DNA of 64,000 nt from an uncultured Thermococci archaeon (GCA_964595645.1 CAZQQT010000002.1:128001-192000), one strand, 5' to 3'. Positions 1 to 9,380 are shown, numbered from the stretch's first letter. Numbers and translations are program-made. The notes: generated by a model not told the origin, from the letters alone.

Positions 1-320
1 ATTGAAATTCCAGGTACTGCTCCCGCAATGGCGGTGAAGAACCGCAGGGTTGTTCCGGAGCCTCCACAGTTCATAACTCCGTCTGAAGGGGAGAGAGTAT
101 CTGTACCTTCTACTATCAGCGGATCTCCATGGGTCATTTCCGCTCCCACTTTTTTACACATATCCAGTGTTCTCATTGTGTCTTCGCAGTATAACGGGGT
201 GGATATTCTCGATCTTCCATCGGCCAAAGATGCGCAGATCATTGCTCTATGGGTGCAACTTTTTGAAGGTGGAGCTTTTACTTCTCCCTCAACATGACTT
301 TTTCTCACAACAATACTCAT
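1..320 (-). CDS. aroA: EPSP synthase, 5' part (runs off the window)
   Basis: Not in ORF track; manual translation MSIVVRKSHVEGEVKAPPSKSCTHRAMICASLA...CEDT...CGGSGTTLRF has the PxSKS..HR and SGTTxR motifs; overlaps the aroK 3' end. Confidence 0.93.
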   Translation of the reverse strand, partial: MSIVVRKSHVEGEVKAPPSKSCTHRAMICASLADGRSRISTPLYCEDTMRTLDMCKKVGAEMTHGDPLIVEGTDTLSPSDGVMNCGGSGTTLRFFTAIAGAVPGIS

Positions 321-804
321 AATATCGTCTCATTATAGTGTCTATCACGGTATTTACCGAACACTCAGTATTTACAGTGATGTCGGCTGCCGAAGCATAG
401 AGAGGCGCTCTCTCTTTTAGAAGTGCACGAAGATCTGTGGACATAAGCGGACGGTTGGTATCTTCGGATATACGCTGGAGTATCTCTTCGAGAGAGGCCG
501 TGAGTAGTACAACAACTCCCTTTTTCTTTAACCGCTTGATATTTTCAGAGTTTAGTACCACCCCTCCACCACAGCTTATCACCGCATCTCCGATCGCAGT
601 GATCTCCTTAATTACCTTTTTTTCATACTCCCTGAATCTATTTTCTCCCTCCTCCTCGAATATCTTTGGTATTGACTTTTCAGCTTTTTCTTCTATGAGA
701 TCATCCGTCTCAATAAACCTTTTTTCAAGTTTTTCTGCAAGGATTTTTCCAATTGTACTTTTTCCTGCCCCCATGAATCCTATGAGGACGACATTATTGT
801 TCAT
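289..804 (-). CDS. aroK: Shikimate kinase, bacterial AroK/AroL type
   Basis: GFMGAGKST P-loop, FEEEGE..FR..E, SCGGGVV, RPL motifs. Confidence 0.95.
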   Translation of the reverse strand: MNNNVVLIGFMGAGKSTIGKILAEKLEKRFIETDDLIEEKAEKSIPKIFEEEGENRFREYEKKVIKEITAIGDAVISCGGGVVLNSENIKRLKKKGVVVLLTASLEEILQRISEDTNRPLMSTDLRALLKERAPLYASAADITVNTECSVNTVIDTIMRRYYEYCCEKKSC

Positions 805-1649
805 CGACTTCCCTCCAGATATAAAAGAAGAGCATCTCGCATTACTTCAAGGGGCGGGTTTCTTCCAGTCCATAGTTTGAATCCTGGAACAGCTTGCTGG
901 ATGAGCATATCCATCCCATGGATTATCTTACATCCCGCTCTTTCTGCCTCCTCGAGCAGTCTAGTTTTTAAAGGAGTATACACTACGTCTATTACCGTGA
1001 TAGTAGGGTTCAGCATTTCTGCGGTGACAAGTGTTTCATTTTCTAATTTCCCTTTCATTCCCACGGATGTGCAGTGTATCACTATATCTGCGTCTTTTAG
1101 TTCTTCGCGTAGGTTATCCAGTCCTCCCCAGTGTATTTCTCCCTTTGTGACTCTTTCCATCTCATGTGAGATCCTTTTCGCTCTTTCTACAGTTCTATTA
1201 AGAATAACAAGTGATCGAAGATCGTACTGTGTGAGTGCAAGGGTGATTGCTTTCACCGTTCCCCCTGCGCCAAGTGTCACCACTTTTTTCCCTGTGATCC
1301 TGAGCGAGTGTGCTTCTATCATTTTCAGGAAACCTCTTCCATCGGTGTTGTGTCCAATGACCTTCCCGTTTTCCCTGTAAAGTGTATTTACTGCGCCTAC
1401 TTGTGTGGCTTGTTTAGTGAGTCCATCGAGGGACGACAGCACAGTTTCCTTAAAGGGTGTTATCACATTTCCTCCTATAATTTTCCCTCTTCTAATCCGT
1501 TCAATCACTTCAGCTATTTCCTCTTCCTTTGCTTTTGTTTTTCCATAGTAAAACTTCTTATCTAACCCAAGTGCGCCCAAGGCTACATTGTGTATTAAAG
1601 GGCTTAGAGAATGACTGACAGGGTTTCCTATAACAGTTAACCTCTTCAT
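801..1649 (-). CDS. aroE: Shikimate dehydrogenase
   Basis: HSLSP, PFK, GAVNT, NTDG, GAGG, NRT motifs. Confidence 0.95.
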   Translation of the reverse strand: MKRLTVIGNPVSHSLSPLIHNVALGALGLDKKFYYGKTKAKEEEIAEVIERIRRGKIIGGNVITPFKETVLSSLDGLTKQATQVGAVNTLYRENGKVIGHNTDGRGFLKMIEAHSLRITGKKVVTLGAGGTVKAITLALTQYDLRSLVILNRTVERAKRISHEMERVTKGEIHWGGLDNLREELKDADIVIHCTSVGMKGKLENETLVTAEMLNPTITVIDVVYTPLKTRLLEEAERAGCKIIHGMDMLIQQAVPGFKLWTGRNPPLEVMRDALLLYLEGSR

Positions 1650-2311
1650 AGGATCACTTCATGAACTGCTCGAAGCGTTGCAGCACGCAACTGTCCCGGT
1701 GCTACCCGATCCCCTGCAAATGTGTAAGTAAACGGTGCACCGTATAAAGATCCAATAACACGGGTAAATCTTCCTGTTTCCCCCATGGTAAATGCAACAA
1801 GCGGAAAATTCTCTTTTTTTGCCTTTAAAAGGAGAGAAAGTACTCTATGACAGTCTTCTATAGAGTGGGCTGTAGTTACGATCTTCCCGATGTCTGCTCC
1901 CTGACTTTGTTCCATTTTCATGATATTATGAAGTTTTATTGTTGTTGGTGTCCTTTCAAAATCGTGTTGGGAGATAATTACACCACAATTGTTCTTTTTC
2001 GCGTGTTTTATTAGTTCCTCTTTCATTTCATTCTGCGTTTTAAGTTCAATATCGATCATGGTACAGCCAGCATTTATAGCGTCAATGAGAGATGCGATCC
2101 TTGATTTTTCTGTTCCCGTATAGTATCCACCAGATGAAGAAGACCGATTTGTTGCGATAACGGGGAATTTACTTGCAGTATATATTTTCTCTAATCCCTC
2201 TATTTCTCCCATAAAATCTATTCTATGTTCTATAAGATCTGTATTGAGTTTTTCGATTACTTCTATACACTTTTTCGATGTTTTTTGTGCAACACATGCG
2301 CATATTTTCAT
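1646..2311 (-). CDS. aroD: Type I 3-dehydroquinate dehydratase
   Basis: EHRID, IDIEL, SQHDFERTP, DIGKIV, MGETG..TR, APGQ motifs. Confidence 0.93.
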   Translation of the reverse strand: MKICACVAQKTSKKCIEVIEKLNTDLIEHRIDFMGEIEGLEKIYTASKFPVIATNRSSSSGGYYTGTEKSRIASLIDAINAGCTMIDIELKTQNEMKEELIKHAKKNNCGVIISQHDFERTPTTIKLHNIMKMEQSQGADIGKIVTTAHSIEDCHRVLSLLLKAKKENFPLVAFTMGETGRFTRVIGSLYGAPFTYTFAGDRVAPGQLRAATLRAVHEVIL

Positions 2312-3384
2312 TTTAAATCCTCCAGTACTTCTTTTACAGTTTCTTGTGGGACGTCGTTCCGCATGGCCACCGTACCTATCTCCTCAGGAAGTACGAATGT
2401 GATGTGATTCCGTTGTGTCTTTTTATCGTACTGCATCCTCTCAAGAACAGCACTCGTACTGACTTCGGGGAGCGTTGTGGGGAGTCCGGTCTGGACGATA
2501 AGTTCTTCTTGCCGGTGTACAGCCTCGGTGTAGAGAATTCCCATTTTTTCTGCAATCCGTGCGGCGGCACACATTCCTATTGCCACAGCTCCTCCATGAG
2601 ATAGTGTAAAATTGGTAACAGCTTCAAGTGCATGCCCCACTGTGTGTCCATAGTTCAGTATCTTTCGCACTCCAATCTCCCTTTTATCCTTCTCCACAAC
2701 ACCGATCTTTATCCTACAACATTTTTCTATGATATCTTCCAGCGGAGGAGAAAGAAGAAGGTTTTCTCTACTTTCTTCAAGCGTCTCAAAGAGAGAAGCA
2801 TCTCTGATCATTGCATATTTTATTATCTCTGCAACACCATTTTTCATCTCCTCTTCAGGAAGCGTGGAAAGTACCTCTGTATCTATAAGGACGAGCTCCG
2901 GATCTTTGAATGCGCCGATGATATTTTTCGCATGTGTGTAGTTTACCCCTGTTTTTCCACCGATGCAGCTGTCTACTTGAGCGAGAAGAGTAGTGGGAAG
3001 ATGAATGAGCGGGAGACCTCTTAGATAGGTGGCGGCCACAAAACCTGCAAGATCTCCCACTACTCCCCCACCCAACGCGATTATAGGCGTGAATCTCTCT
3101 ATTCTGTGCTGTAGGAGCTCTTCGTAGATCATCGATGCCATTTCCAACGATTTGCTTTTTTCAGTGTCAGGAATTTCAAGCACCGTTAGCTCGAATTCCT
3201 CATTCAGTAAACTTTTCTTCACGGTCTCTCCATGCAGCTCATTGATCGTTTTATTTGTCACAATTACTGCTTTGGAAGAGTACCCTCTTTTTTTCAGCAT
3301 TGGCCCGATGGTGGAGAGGATCCCACGATCTATAAAGATCCCATAGTTGTTCTGAGGGTGATGGACAGTCAGCTTCCGTCTCAT
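2308..3384 (-). CDS. aroB: 3-dehydroquinate synthase
   Basis: [50 protein letters not shown]. Confidence 0.97.
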   Translation of the reverse strand: MRRKLTVHHPQNNYGIFIDRGILSTIGPMLKKRGYSSKAVIVTNKTINELHGETVKKSLLNEEFELTVLEIPDTEKSKSLEMASMIYEELLQHRIERFTPIIALGGGVVGDLAGFVAATYLRGLPLIHLPTTLLAQVDSCIGGKTGVNYTHAKNIIGAFKDPELVLIDTEVLSTLPEEEMKNGVAEIIKYAMIRDASLFETLEESRENLLLSPPLEDIIEKCCRIKIGVVEKDKREIGVRKILNYGHTVGHALEAVTNFTLSHGGAVAIGMCAAARIAEKMGILYTEAVHRQEELIVQTGLPTTLPEVSTSAVLERMQYDKKTQRNHITFVLPEEIGTVAMRNDVPQETVKEVLEDLK

Positions 3385-4430
3385 ATATCTATCATCCTCT
3401 TAAGCTGATGCATCATCTCTGCGAATTGATCGGTTGTGAGCGATTGGTTTCCATCACATAGCGCATCAGCGGGTCTGTTGTGTACCTCTACCATGACACC
3501 ATCTGCACCTGCCGCAATAGCGGCCTTTACCAGAGGGATTACAGCACTCCGTTTCCCCGTGGCATGACTCGGGTCAATGATTACGGGGAGGTGGGTGAGT
3601 TCATTGAGTACAGGAACAGCACTGATATCCAGGGTATTTCTTGTTGCAGTCTCAAATGTCTTGATTCCCCGTTCACAAAGTACCACATTCGGGTTTCCTT
3701 GCGACATAATATACTCTGTTGCAAAAAGGAGATCTTTGATCGTGGCATTCATACTTCGTTTTAGGAATATGGGTTTGGACTGTTTTCCTACTTCCTTGAG
3801 GAGGGAGAAATTCTGCATGTTCCTGGCTCCGATCTGTAACATATCGGAGTATTTCTCTACCAAAGGCACATCCCGTGTGTCCATCACCTCTGTGACGATA
3901 GGGAGTCCTGTTTCTTCCCGTGCCTTTTCGAGAAGTTTTAATCCCAGTTCACCCAACCCCTGAAAGGAGTAGGGGGATGTTCGCGGCTTGAATGCGCCGC
4001 CGCGGAGAATTGATGCTCCCTCTTTCTTTACTCGGTGTGCGGTCTCCAGTAACTGCTCTTTGGTCTCAACACTGCAGGGACCGGCAATGACTACTGGTTT
4101 TTCACCTATAGCTATTCCGCCTACATCTATTACCGTCTTTTTGTCTTTAAACTCCCTTCCAGCCAGAATATATCGTTGGGGGGAAAATATCACTTCTTTT
4201 ACTTCCTGCAGCTGTGATATTTTTTTCACGTCGGAAATATTTTTTGCTACAACCACCGGAGCCGAAAACTCTACCGAAAAGACATCAGAACAGGTTTTTT
4301 TCAGCTGTTCCTCTATCTTAGATCGTTGCAATTTCGATAGATTTTTCTTCAGTACAACTGCGTACAATCCCCTGCTTTCTTTTCTCTCCAACTTAATTGT
4401 TTTTAGAGAAGGATGACCAATCGAACTCAT
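3381..4430 (-). CDS. aroF: DAHP synthase type I-beta with N-terminal ACT-like segment; start uncertain (AUG 4430 preferred, has GGAGG SD)
   Basis: [39 protein letters not shown] motifs. Confidence 0.93.
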   Translation of the reverse strand: MSSIGHPSLKTIKLERKESRGLYAVVLKKNLSKLQRSKIEEQLKKTCSDVFSVEFSAPVVVAKNISDVKKISQLQEVKEVIFSPQRYILAGREFKDKKTVIDVGGIAIGEKPVVIAGPCSVETKEQLLETAHRVKKEGASILRGGAFKPRTSPYSFQGLGELGLKLLEKAREETGLPIVTEVMDTRDVPLVEKYSDMLQIGARNMQNFSLLKEVGKQSKPIFLKRSMNATIKDLLFATEYIMSQGNPNVVLCERGIKTFETATRNTLDISAVPVLNELTHLPVIIDPSHATGKRSAVIPLVKAAIAAGADGVMVEVHNRPADALCDGNQSLTTDQFAEMMHQLKRMIDI

Positions 4431-4518
4431 AGTCATCTCCTCCACAATCTACACAGGCCACCTCATCCTGTCCATTGTCGTTTTCACTATTTTCGTTTCC
4501 TTCACTTTTACATTTCAT
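4393..4518 (-). CDS. Leader peptide of the aro operon, 41 aa: [41 protein letters not shown]
   Basis: Manual translation; AGGTGG SD upstream; lies just downstream of BRE/TATA; aromatic codons only at Y30, F32, W34, F37; paralogous to the pheA leader. Confidence 0.8.
   Translation of the reverse strand: MKCKSEGNENSENDNGQDEVACVDCGGDDYEFDWSSFSKNN
4407..4443 (-). promoter_or_regulatory. Hairpin sequestering the DAHPS SD and start region
   Basis: GGAGG-A-GAUGACUA pairs with UGGUCAUC-CUUCU (13 bp including G-U pairs, one bulged A). Confidence 0.7.
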
Positions 4519-4553
4519 TTATTCCACCTTTCCCCTGATATAGACATGCATGC

Positions 4554-4570
4554 ATTTAAAAGGTTTTTGG
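4554..4570 (-). promoter_or_regulatory. BRE/TATA promoter of the aro operon
   Basis: Minus strand CCAAAAACCTTTTAAAT, about 35 nt upstream of the leader ATG; nearly identical to the pheA promoter. Confidence 0.75.
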
Positions 4571-4640
4571 TGCATTTTTATGTACATGTAGTAGTTCATT
4601 GACTATGTAGATCAATATTCATCAAATTTTCGGACACAGA

Positions 4641-5411
4641 CTAAAGATTTTTTCTTAGCGTTTCGATAAAGGTTACCATCTCACTATAGCTTTTTTTCGT
4701 GACTATATCTCTAAAATTTTCTAGCTGAGTAGTAATTTTCTCAATTTCTGCAAGCGAGTAGGGAGCAAAGAGTATTTCAGCAAGAAGATGGTTATCTTCC
4801 TCTAACAGTTTTCGTGCTACTTCCTGATGTCTTGTGAATGTTGTTCCTGGAACAGCTTTCTCCGGGAGACAGGCAGCAAAAATCAGGGAACAAATAAAAG
4901 GAAGCGCAAGCGAGTCTGCCATGAGGCTATCATGTTCATCGAAGGAACATTCGTATATATGGACACCACGAGTGAGAAAGAACCTCTTAAAAAACTGTTT
5001 GGCTGCAGTATCAGATTCTTCTATAATGATAACATTCTCTTCTTTCAAATCATCAAATGTAGTGAATCTGGGACCGAACATTGGATGGATCGAGGCATAC
5101 CTGTTTCCACACTCTTGGTAGTACAACGGCAGTTTTCCTTTAATGGAAGCAATATCCACAAGAATACAGGCCGATGGCAAGTATGGTGCAACTTCCTCAA
5201 AAACCTCGACGGTATGCTGCAGACTCACCGCATTTATCACCATTTCAGGGTCGAAGGATTTAACCTCTGCGATAGCATCGAGATGAGTAACTCCCTCTAC
5301 TGCCTCTCTTTTCTCTTTATCTTCATCGTAGATTGCTATCTCATGATTTTTTGAGAGCTCACGGGCCAGCCATGAGCCCATATTTCCAACACCTATCACC
5401 GCGATCCTCAT
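4641..5411 (-). CDS. tyrA: Prephenate dehydrogenase; true start MRIAVIG at 5411
   Basis: GVGNMG Rossmann motif, DIASIK, HPMFGP, EHD; ATGA overlap with the pheA stop. Confidence 0.92.
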   Translation of the reverse strand: MRIAVIGVGNMGSWLARELSKNHEIAIYDEDKEKREAVEGVTHLDAIAEVKSFDPEMVINAVSLQHTVEVFEEVAPYLPSACILVDIASIKGKLPLYYQECGNRYASIHPMFGPRFTTFDDLKEENVIIIEESDTAAKQFFKRFFLTRGVHIYECSFDEHDSLMADSLALPFICSLIFAACLPEKAVPGTTFTRHQEVARKLLEEDNHLLAEILFAPYSLAEIEKITTQLENFRDIVTKKSYSEMVTFIETLRKNL

Positions 5412-6463
5412 AGGATCGCCTCCGGGTAGCAGCCGAGGAATTTGTAGATTAGTGTTCGATCTTTCATCTCGCGAAGCATCTCTTTTATTCTCTCCTCTTC
5501 CACAGATCCCTGAAAATCGAGTAGAAACATGTAATGCCCGGGTCTTTCTTTTATAGGCCGGGATATTATTCGTGTGAGATTTATGTTTTTCTCGGTAAAT
5601 ATACGAAGCAGACGGTGGAGGGCACCGGGTTCGTGCTTTACTGAAACGACAATAGAACATTTTGTTCCCTTTCCACAGGGAGCAGAGGAGACAACCACGA
5701 ACCGGGTAAAATTCGAGGACACATCCCCGACGTTTCTTTTTATTATTTCGAGATTGTAACGTTCTGCACATAGTGTACTTGCGATAGCTGCAGTGGCAGG
5801 TGGGAAGGTATCTGCGATCATCCTAGCAGCACCAGCAGTATCGTAGTATGGAACTATCTCGATTCCAGTCTCCGTAAGAAAGCTCCTGCACTGTGCCAAT
5901 GCCTGCGGGTGAGAGTATACTTTTTTAATCTCGCTGAGTTCAGTGCTTGGTGGTGCGAGAAGAGCATGGTGGACAGGAAGCTGTATCTCTCCCACTATTG
6001 GAAGCTCATACGCTATTAGAAGATCCGTTACTTCTGTCACCGTTCCTTCGATTGAATTCTCAATAGGGACAATTCCCAGATCAAACCATCCATGCTCCAC
6101 CGCCTCGAATATTTCAGCAAAGGCTGTGCAGGGGATGGGCACCATTTTTTCGCTGTATCGTTTTGCAGCCATCTCCCCGTAAGCACCGTGTTCACCCTGA
6201 AATCCTATAAGTGCATGTTTTTCTCTCTGGAGTTTTTTACTTTCTGCAATTATTTTCTTAAAAATTTGTGAAGCAAACTCGTCATCTATCAGATCATGGC
6301 AGTACGTTTTAACAGTATTTATAACGCACTGTTCTCTCTTTTCATCAGTGATTTTCTCCTTCAGTTTCGTAGTCCGTAATGCCAGCTCCATTCGTTCGTT
6401 CAGCAGCGAGATAATTTCACGATCTATCCGGTTTATCTCCTCCCTTAGAAGTGTTAACTCCAT
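5408..6463 (-). CDS. pheA: Chorismate mutase / prephenate dehydratase (P-protein)
   Basis: LREEINRIDREII..LNER (CM), FQGEHGAY, PIENSIEG, SHPQALAQC, NFTRF, ACT domain NLTRIISRP. Confidence 0.96.
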   Translation of the reverse strand: MELTLLREEINRIDREIISLLNERMELALRTTKLKEKITDEKREQCVINTVKTYCHDLIDDEFASQIFKKIIAESKKLQREKHALIGFQGEHGAYGEMAAKRYSEKMVPIPCTAFAEIFEAVEHGWFDLGIVPIENSIEGTVTEVTDLLIAYELPIVGEIQLPVHHALLAPPSTELSEIKKVYSHPQALAQCRSFLTETGIEIVPYYDTAGAARMIADTFPPATAAIASTLCAERYNLEIIKRNVGDVSSNFTRFVVVSSAPCGKGTKCSIVVSVKHEPGALHRLLRIFTEKNINLTRIISRPIKERPGHYMFLLDFQGSVEEERIKEMLREMKDRTLIYKFLGCYPEAIL

Positions 6464-6573
6464 TCTTCCCCCCTCCAGAGAGATCCGTCCCTCTTTATCA
6501 CTGACACTCTCAGAAAAGTAATACTCTGTCCTTCACATTGATTCGTCCGGGAACGACTGGAAACAGAAGTCAT
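6454..6573 (-). CDS. Putative 39-aa relay uORF starting inside the pheA leader and ending over the pheA start
   Basis: GGAGGGAG SD then ACT-ATG at 6573; open to TAA within ATGGAGTTAA, a 10-nt overlap with pheA. Confidence 0.45.
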   Translation of the reverse strand: MTSVSSRSRTNQCEGQSITFLRVSVIKRDGSLWRGEEWS

Positions 6574-6649
6574 AGTCGCTCCCTCCGCTATCTCGGCAGC
6601 TTAACATATCATCTCCGCCATCCTCATTTTCTTGTTCTCCATTGTTCAT
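6533..6649 (-). CDS. Leader peptide of pheA-tyrA, 38 aa: MNNGEQENEDGGDDMLSCRDSGGSDYDFCFQSFPDESM
   Basis: Manual translation; AGGTAGGT SD-like site; just downstream of TATA; aromatic codons only at Y26, F28, F30, F33; paralogous to the aro leader. Confidence 0.8.
   Translation of the reverse strand: MNNGEQENEDGGDDMLSCRDSGGSDYDFCFQSFPDESM
6549..6583 (-). promoter_or_regulatory. Hairpin sequestering the internal SD/AUG in the pheA leader
   Basis: GGGAGCGACU pairs with AGUCGUUCCC (10 bp, one G-U). Confidence 0.7.
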
Positions 6650-6680
6650 GATACCTACCTAGACTCTCCTACACAGCTGT

Positions 6681-6696
6681 ATTTAAAAGGTTTTGG
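6681..6696 (-). promoter_or_regulatory. BRE/TATA promoter of pheA-tyrA
   Basis: Minus strand CCAAAACCTTTTAAAT, about 31 nt upstream of the leader ATG. Confidence 0.75.
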
Positions 6697-6827
6697 CACG
6701 CCAGATTTGATATGCAAGAGGCAAAAAATGTGTATGTTTTGAATCCATAAACCCTAAAAGGTATGTGTCTCTATGAGCAGGATTCCCAAAGAAAAACTTC
6801 TTTACTATCTTTTGGATACACTATTCA

Positions 6828-7607
6828 TCAGATATTCTTTGTAGGGAGACTCATTTCTTTGACGTAGGTCGTAACCTTCTCATAACTATGTGTTCTTCTT
6901 ACAATACCACTGCCAACGATTACTCCATCTGCTCCGAGATGAAGTATCTCTCGCACATGAGTGGGATGTGAGATCCCAAATCCTACACAGAGAGGAATGT
7001 CTGTGGCGGCCCGCATTCGTTTCATACATTCATGAACCTCTTGGGAAACTCTGTCCCTTTCACCGGTCACACCTAAAAGTGATACCACGTAAAGGAATCC
7101 TGTGGTAGCCTTTATAATCTTTTTAAGTCGTTTATTTGGGGTGATGGGAGATGCCAAAAATATATTTGCAAATTCATGCTCTCTTGAAAGTGTTATAAGC
7201 TCAGAAGCTTCTTCTGGTGGGAGATCAGCAGCTATCAATCCATCGGCCACCTCTGCGAAATCACTGATGAACTCGTTGATACCGTACTGCAGAATAATGT
7301 TGTAGTATGTCAAGAGTACAATAGGGATATCACGGTTCTTACGGGCCTTTTTTATTACTTTTAAGACCTTTTCCGGCGTTGTGTCGTTTTTTAGAGCTCT
7401 TTGTACTGAATTTTGTATTGTTTTTCCATCTGCTACCGGATCGGAGTGAGGAATACCCAGCTCTATAATATCTGCACCATTTTTTTCGAGAACTTCTATG
7501 AGTTTTACGGTATCTTCCAATGAAGGATCACCACAGGTGATATAGGGAATAAATGCTCTTTGATTTTTTTCCCGCAGTTTTTCGAACGTTGTATTAATGC
7601 TATTCAT
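6828..7607 (-). CDS. trpA: Tryptophan synthase alpha chain
   Basis: [40 protein letters not shown]. Confidence 0.97.
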   Translation of the reverse strand: MNSINTTFEKLREKNQRAFIPYITCGDPSLEDTVKLIEVLEKNGADIIELGIPHSDPVADGKTIQNSVQRALKNDTTPEKVLKVIKKARKNRDIPIVLLTYYNIILQYGINEFISDFAEVADGLIAADLPPEEASELITLSREHEFANIFLASPITPNKRLKKIIKATTGFLYVVSLLGVTGERDRVSQEVHECMKRMRAATDIPLCVGFGISHPTHVREILHLGADGVIVGSGIVRRTHSYEKVTTYVKEMSLPTKNI

Positions 7608-8800
7608 ATGCGTACCTCCAAAAGTCTTACTCCTGTCTCCACATCTTTATCCCCCCGTCCTGAAAAGTTCACCACAACGATATCATCTCTTTCATACTGT
7701 TCCTTCATTTTGTGAAGATACGCAAGAGCGTGACATGTTTCAAAAGCGGGAATAATTCCCTCTGTTTTTGACACAAACTTGAAGGCATCGAGTACTTCTC
7801 TATCAGTAGCATAGTCCGCTTTTACCCTTCCGCTGTCAACAAGGTATGAGATCTCTGGACCACGGGCGGGATAGTTCAGTCCTGCACTTCGGGAGTAGGT
7901 CCGTGATATCTGTCCGTGATCGTCTTGGAGAAGGAAGGTATAGGCACCGTGAAGTACACCCTTTTTTCCTCCGGCAAATACAGCAGTATGTCGTTCTCCT
8001 TCTAGTCCTTCACCTCCTCCTTCTACAAATATGAGATTCACCTCTTCAGTGATGAACGGAAAGAACGCACCGAGGGCGTTAGAACCGCCGGAGCCGCAGG
8101 CGACGATAGCGTCGGGCAGTCGTCCTTCTTTCTCTAATAACTGATTCTTTATTTCTTTCCCGATAATGTTCTGAAACTCCCTTACTATCATGGGAAAGGG
8201 GTGAGGTCCTACTGTCGAGCCGATGAGATAGTGTGTACCCTCTACATTAGCAACCCAGTCTCGGAGAGCCTCATTCACTGCGTCTTTCAGAACACCGGAG
8301 CCTCCGGTGACAGGTGTAACTGTTGCTCCCAGAAGCTTGATCTTCAATGCATTGAGTCTCTGTCTTTTTATGTCTTTTTTCCCCATAAATACTTCTGTTT
8401 CTAAGTCCAAAAGAGCTCCTGCAGTTGCTGTAGCAAGCCCATGTTGTCCAGCGGCGGTTTCTGCGATTATTCGCTTTTTTCCCATCTTTTTTGCAAGCAA
8501 TGCCTGACCTATTGTATTATTCAATTTATGAGCGCCACCATGGACCAGATCCTCTCTTTTTAGATATATAGTGAATCCAAAATAGCGCGAAAGAGATTCG
8601 GAGAGATAGAGAGGTGTAGGCCTTCCGGCGTAATCTCTGAGATATGAATTCAATTTCTCCCGAAATTCTGGGTCTTCTTTATATTGCGTATACGATTTTT
8701 CCAGCTCTTCTAAGGCAGGCATCAATGTTTCCGGTGCAAATTGTCCACCAAACTCACCAAATTTTCCATTATTATCTGGAAAAGAGTATTTTTCTCTCAC
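7604..8800 (-). CDS. trpB: Tryptophan synthase beta chain (TrpB1)
   Basis: [46 protein letters not shown]. Confidence 0.97.
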   Translation of the reverse strand: MREKYSFPDNNGKFGEFGGQFAPETLMPALEELEKSYTQYKEDPEFREKLNSYLRDYAGRPTPLYLSESLSRYFGFTIYLKREDLVHGGAHKLNNTIGQALLAKKMGKKRIIAETAAGQHGLATATAGALLDLETEVFMGKKDIKRQRLNALKIKLLGATVTPVTGGSGVLKDAVNEALRDWVANVEGTHYLIGSTVGPHPFPMIVREFQNIIGKEIKNQLLEKEGRLPDAIVACGSGGSNALGAFFPFITEEVNLIFVEGGGEGLEGERHTAVFAGGKKGVLHGAYTFLLQDDHGQISRTYSRSAGLNYPARGPEISYLVDSGRVKADYATDREVLDAFKFVSKTEGIIPAFETCHALAYLHKMKEQYERDDIVVVNFSGRGDKDVETGVRLLEVRI

Positions 8801-9380
8801 TCTCTACACCTCGTGCCTTTTCGATGAACGCCTTCATTAACTGATGATTCTTTTTTCCATCCCCTTCCACCCCACTGGAAACATCAACTCCAAATGGTGC
8901 TACCTCCTGCACGGCTTCTACTACATTCCAGGGCGTAAGCCCGCCCGCTAAAATTAACGGTTTTGTTACCGTCTCGTTGATTTTTCCGGTGATTGACCAG
9001 TCGTGAACCTCACCACTCCCATATCCAGAATCGATAAGCACCATGTCTACTTTGTTTTTTATTTTTGTGAACTGTTCAGCTGTGAACTCGGAATGGAGAT
9101 ATCCTCGTATGACTCCACAGTGAAAGGGAGGGAAGGTATCTTCATATAGCTGGATATAATCTGCCGTGGTGGTTATTTCTTCGAGATTCTCTGCATGAAG
9201 TGTCACTGCCACTGTAGCAATTGAAGGAGGGACTAACATCATTAATTTTTTTGCCTTTTCGATCGAAAGATTTCTTTTACTCTCCTCTGTTTCGACAACA
9301 AATCCCAAAGCGTCCGGATAGAGTGTTACCGCATCTTTAAGTTCCCTTTTGGAGGTAATACCACATATCTTTATCCACAT
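8772..9380 (-). CDS. trpF: Phosphoribosylanthranilate isomerase
   Basis: [33 protein letters not shown]. Confidence 0.95.
   Translation of the reverse strand: MWIKICGITSKRELKDAVTLYPDALGFVVETEESKRNLSIEKAKKLMMLVPPSIATVAVTLHAENLEEITTTADYIQLYEDTFPPFHCGVIRGYLHSEFTAEQFTKIKNKVDMVLIDSGYGSGEVHDWSITGKINETVTKPLILAGGLTPWNVVEAVQEVAPFGVDVSSGVEGDGKKNHQLMKAFIEKARGVESERKILFSR

Noticed and set aside
4425-4445. prfB-like SD-stimulated +1 frameshift at the hungry Tyr codon of the leaders
   Set aside because: The P-site codon GAC cannot re-pair on ACU and there is no slippery run; overlapping initiation is the simpler reading
5412-5771. N-terminal extension of the 376-aa tyrA ORF in the track
   Set aside because: Overlaps pheA in another frame; the real start is the ATGA-coupled ATG at 5411
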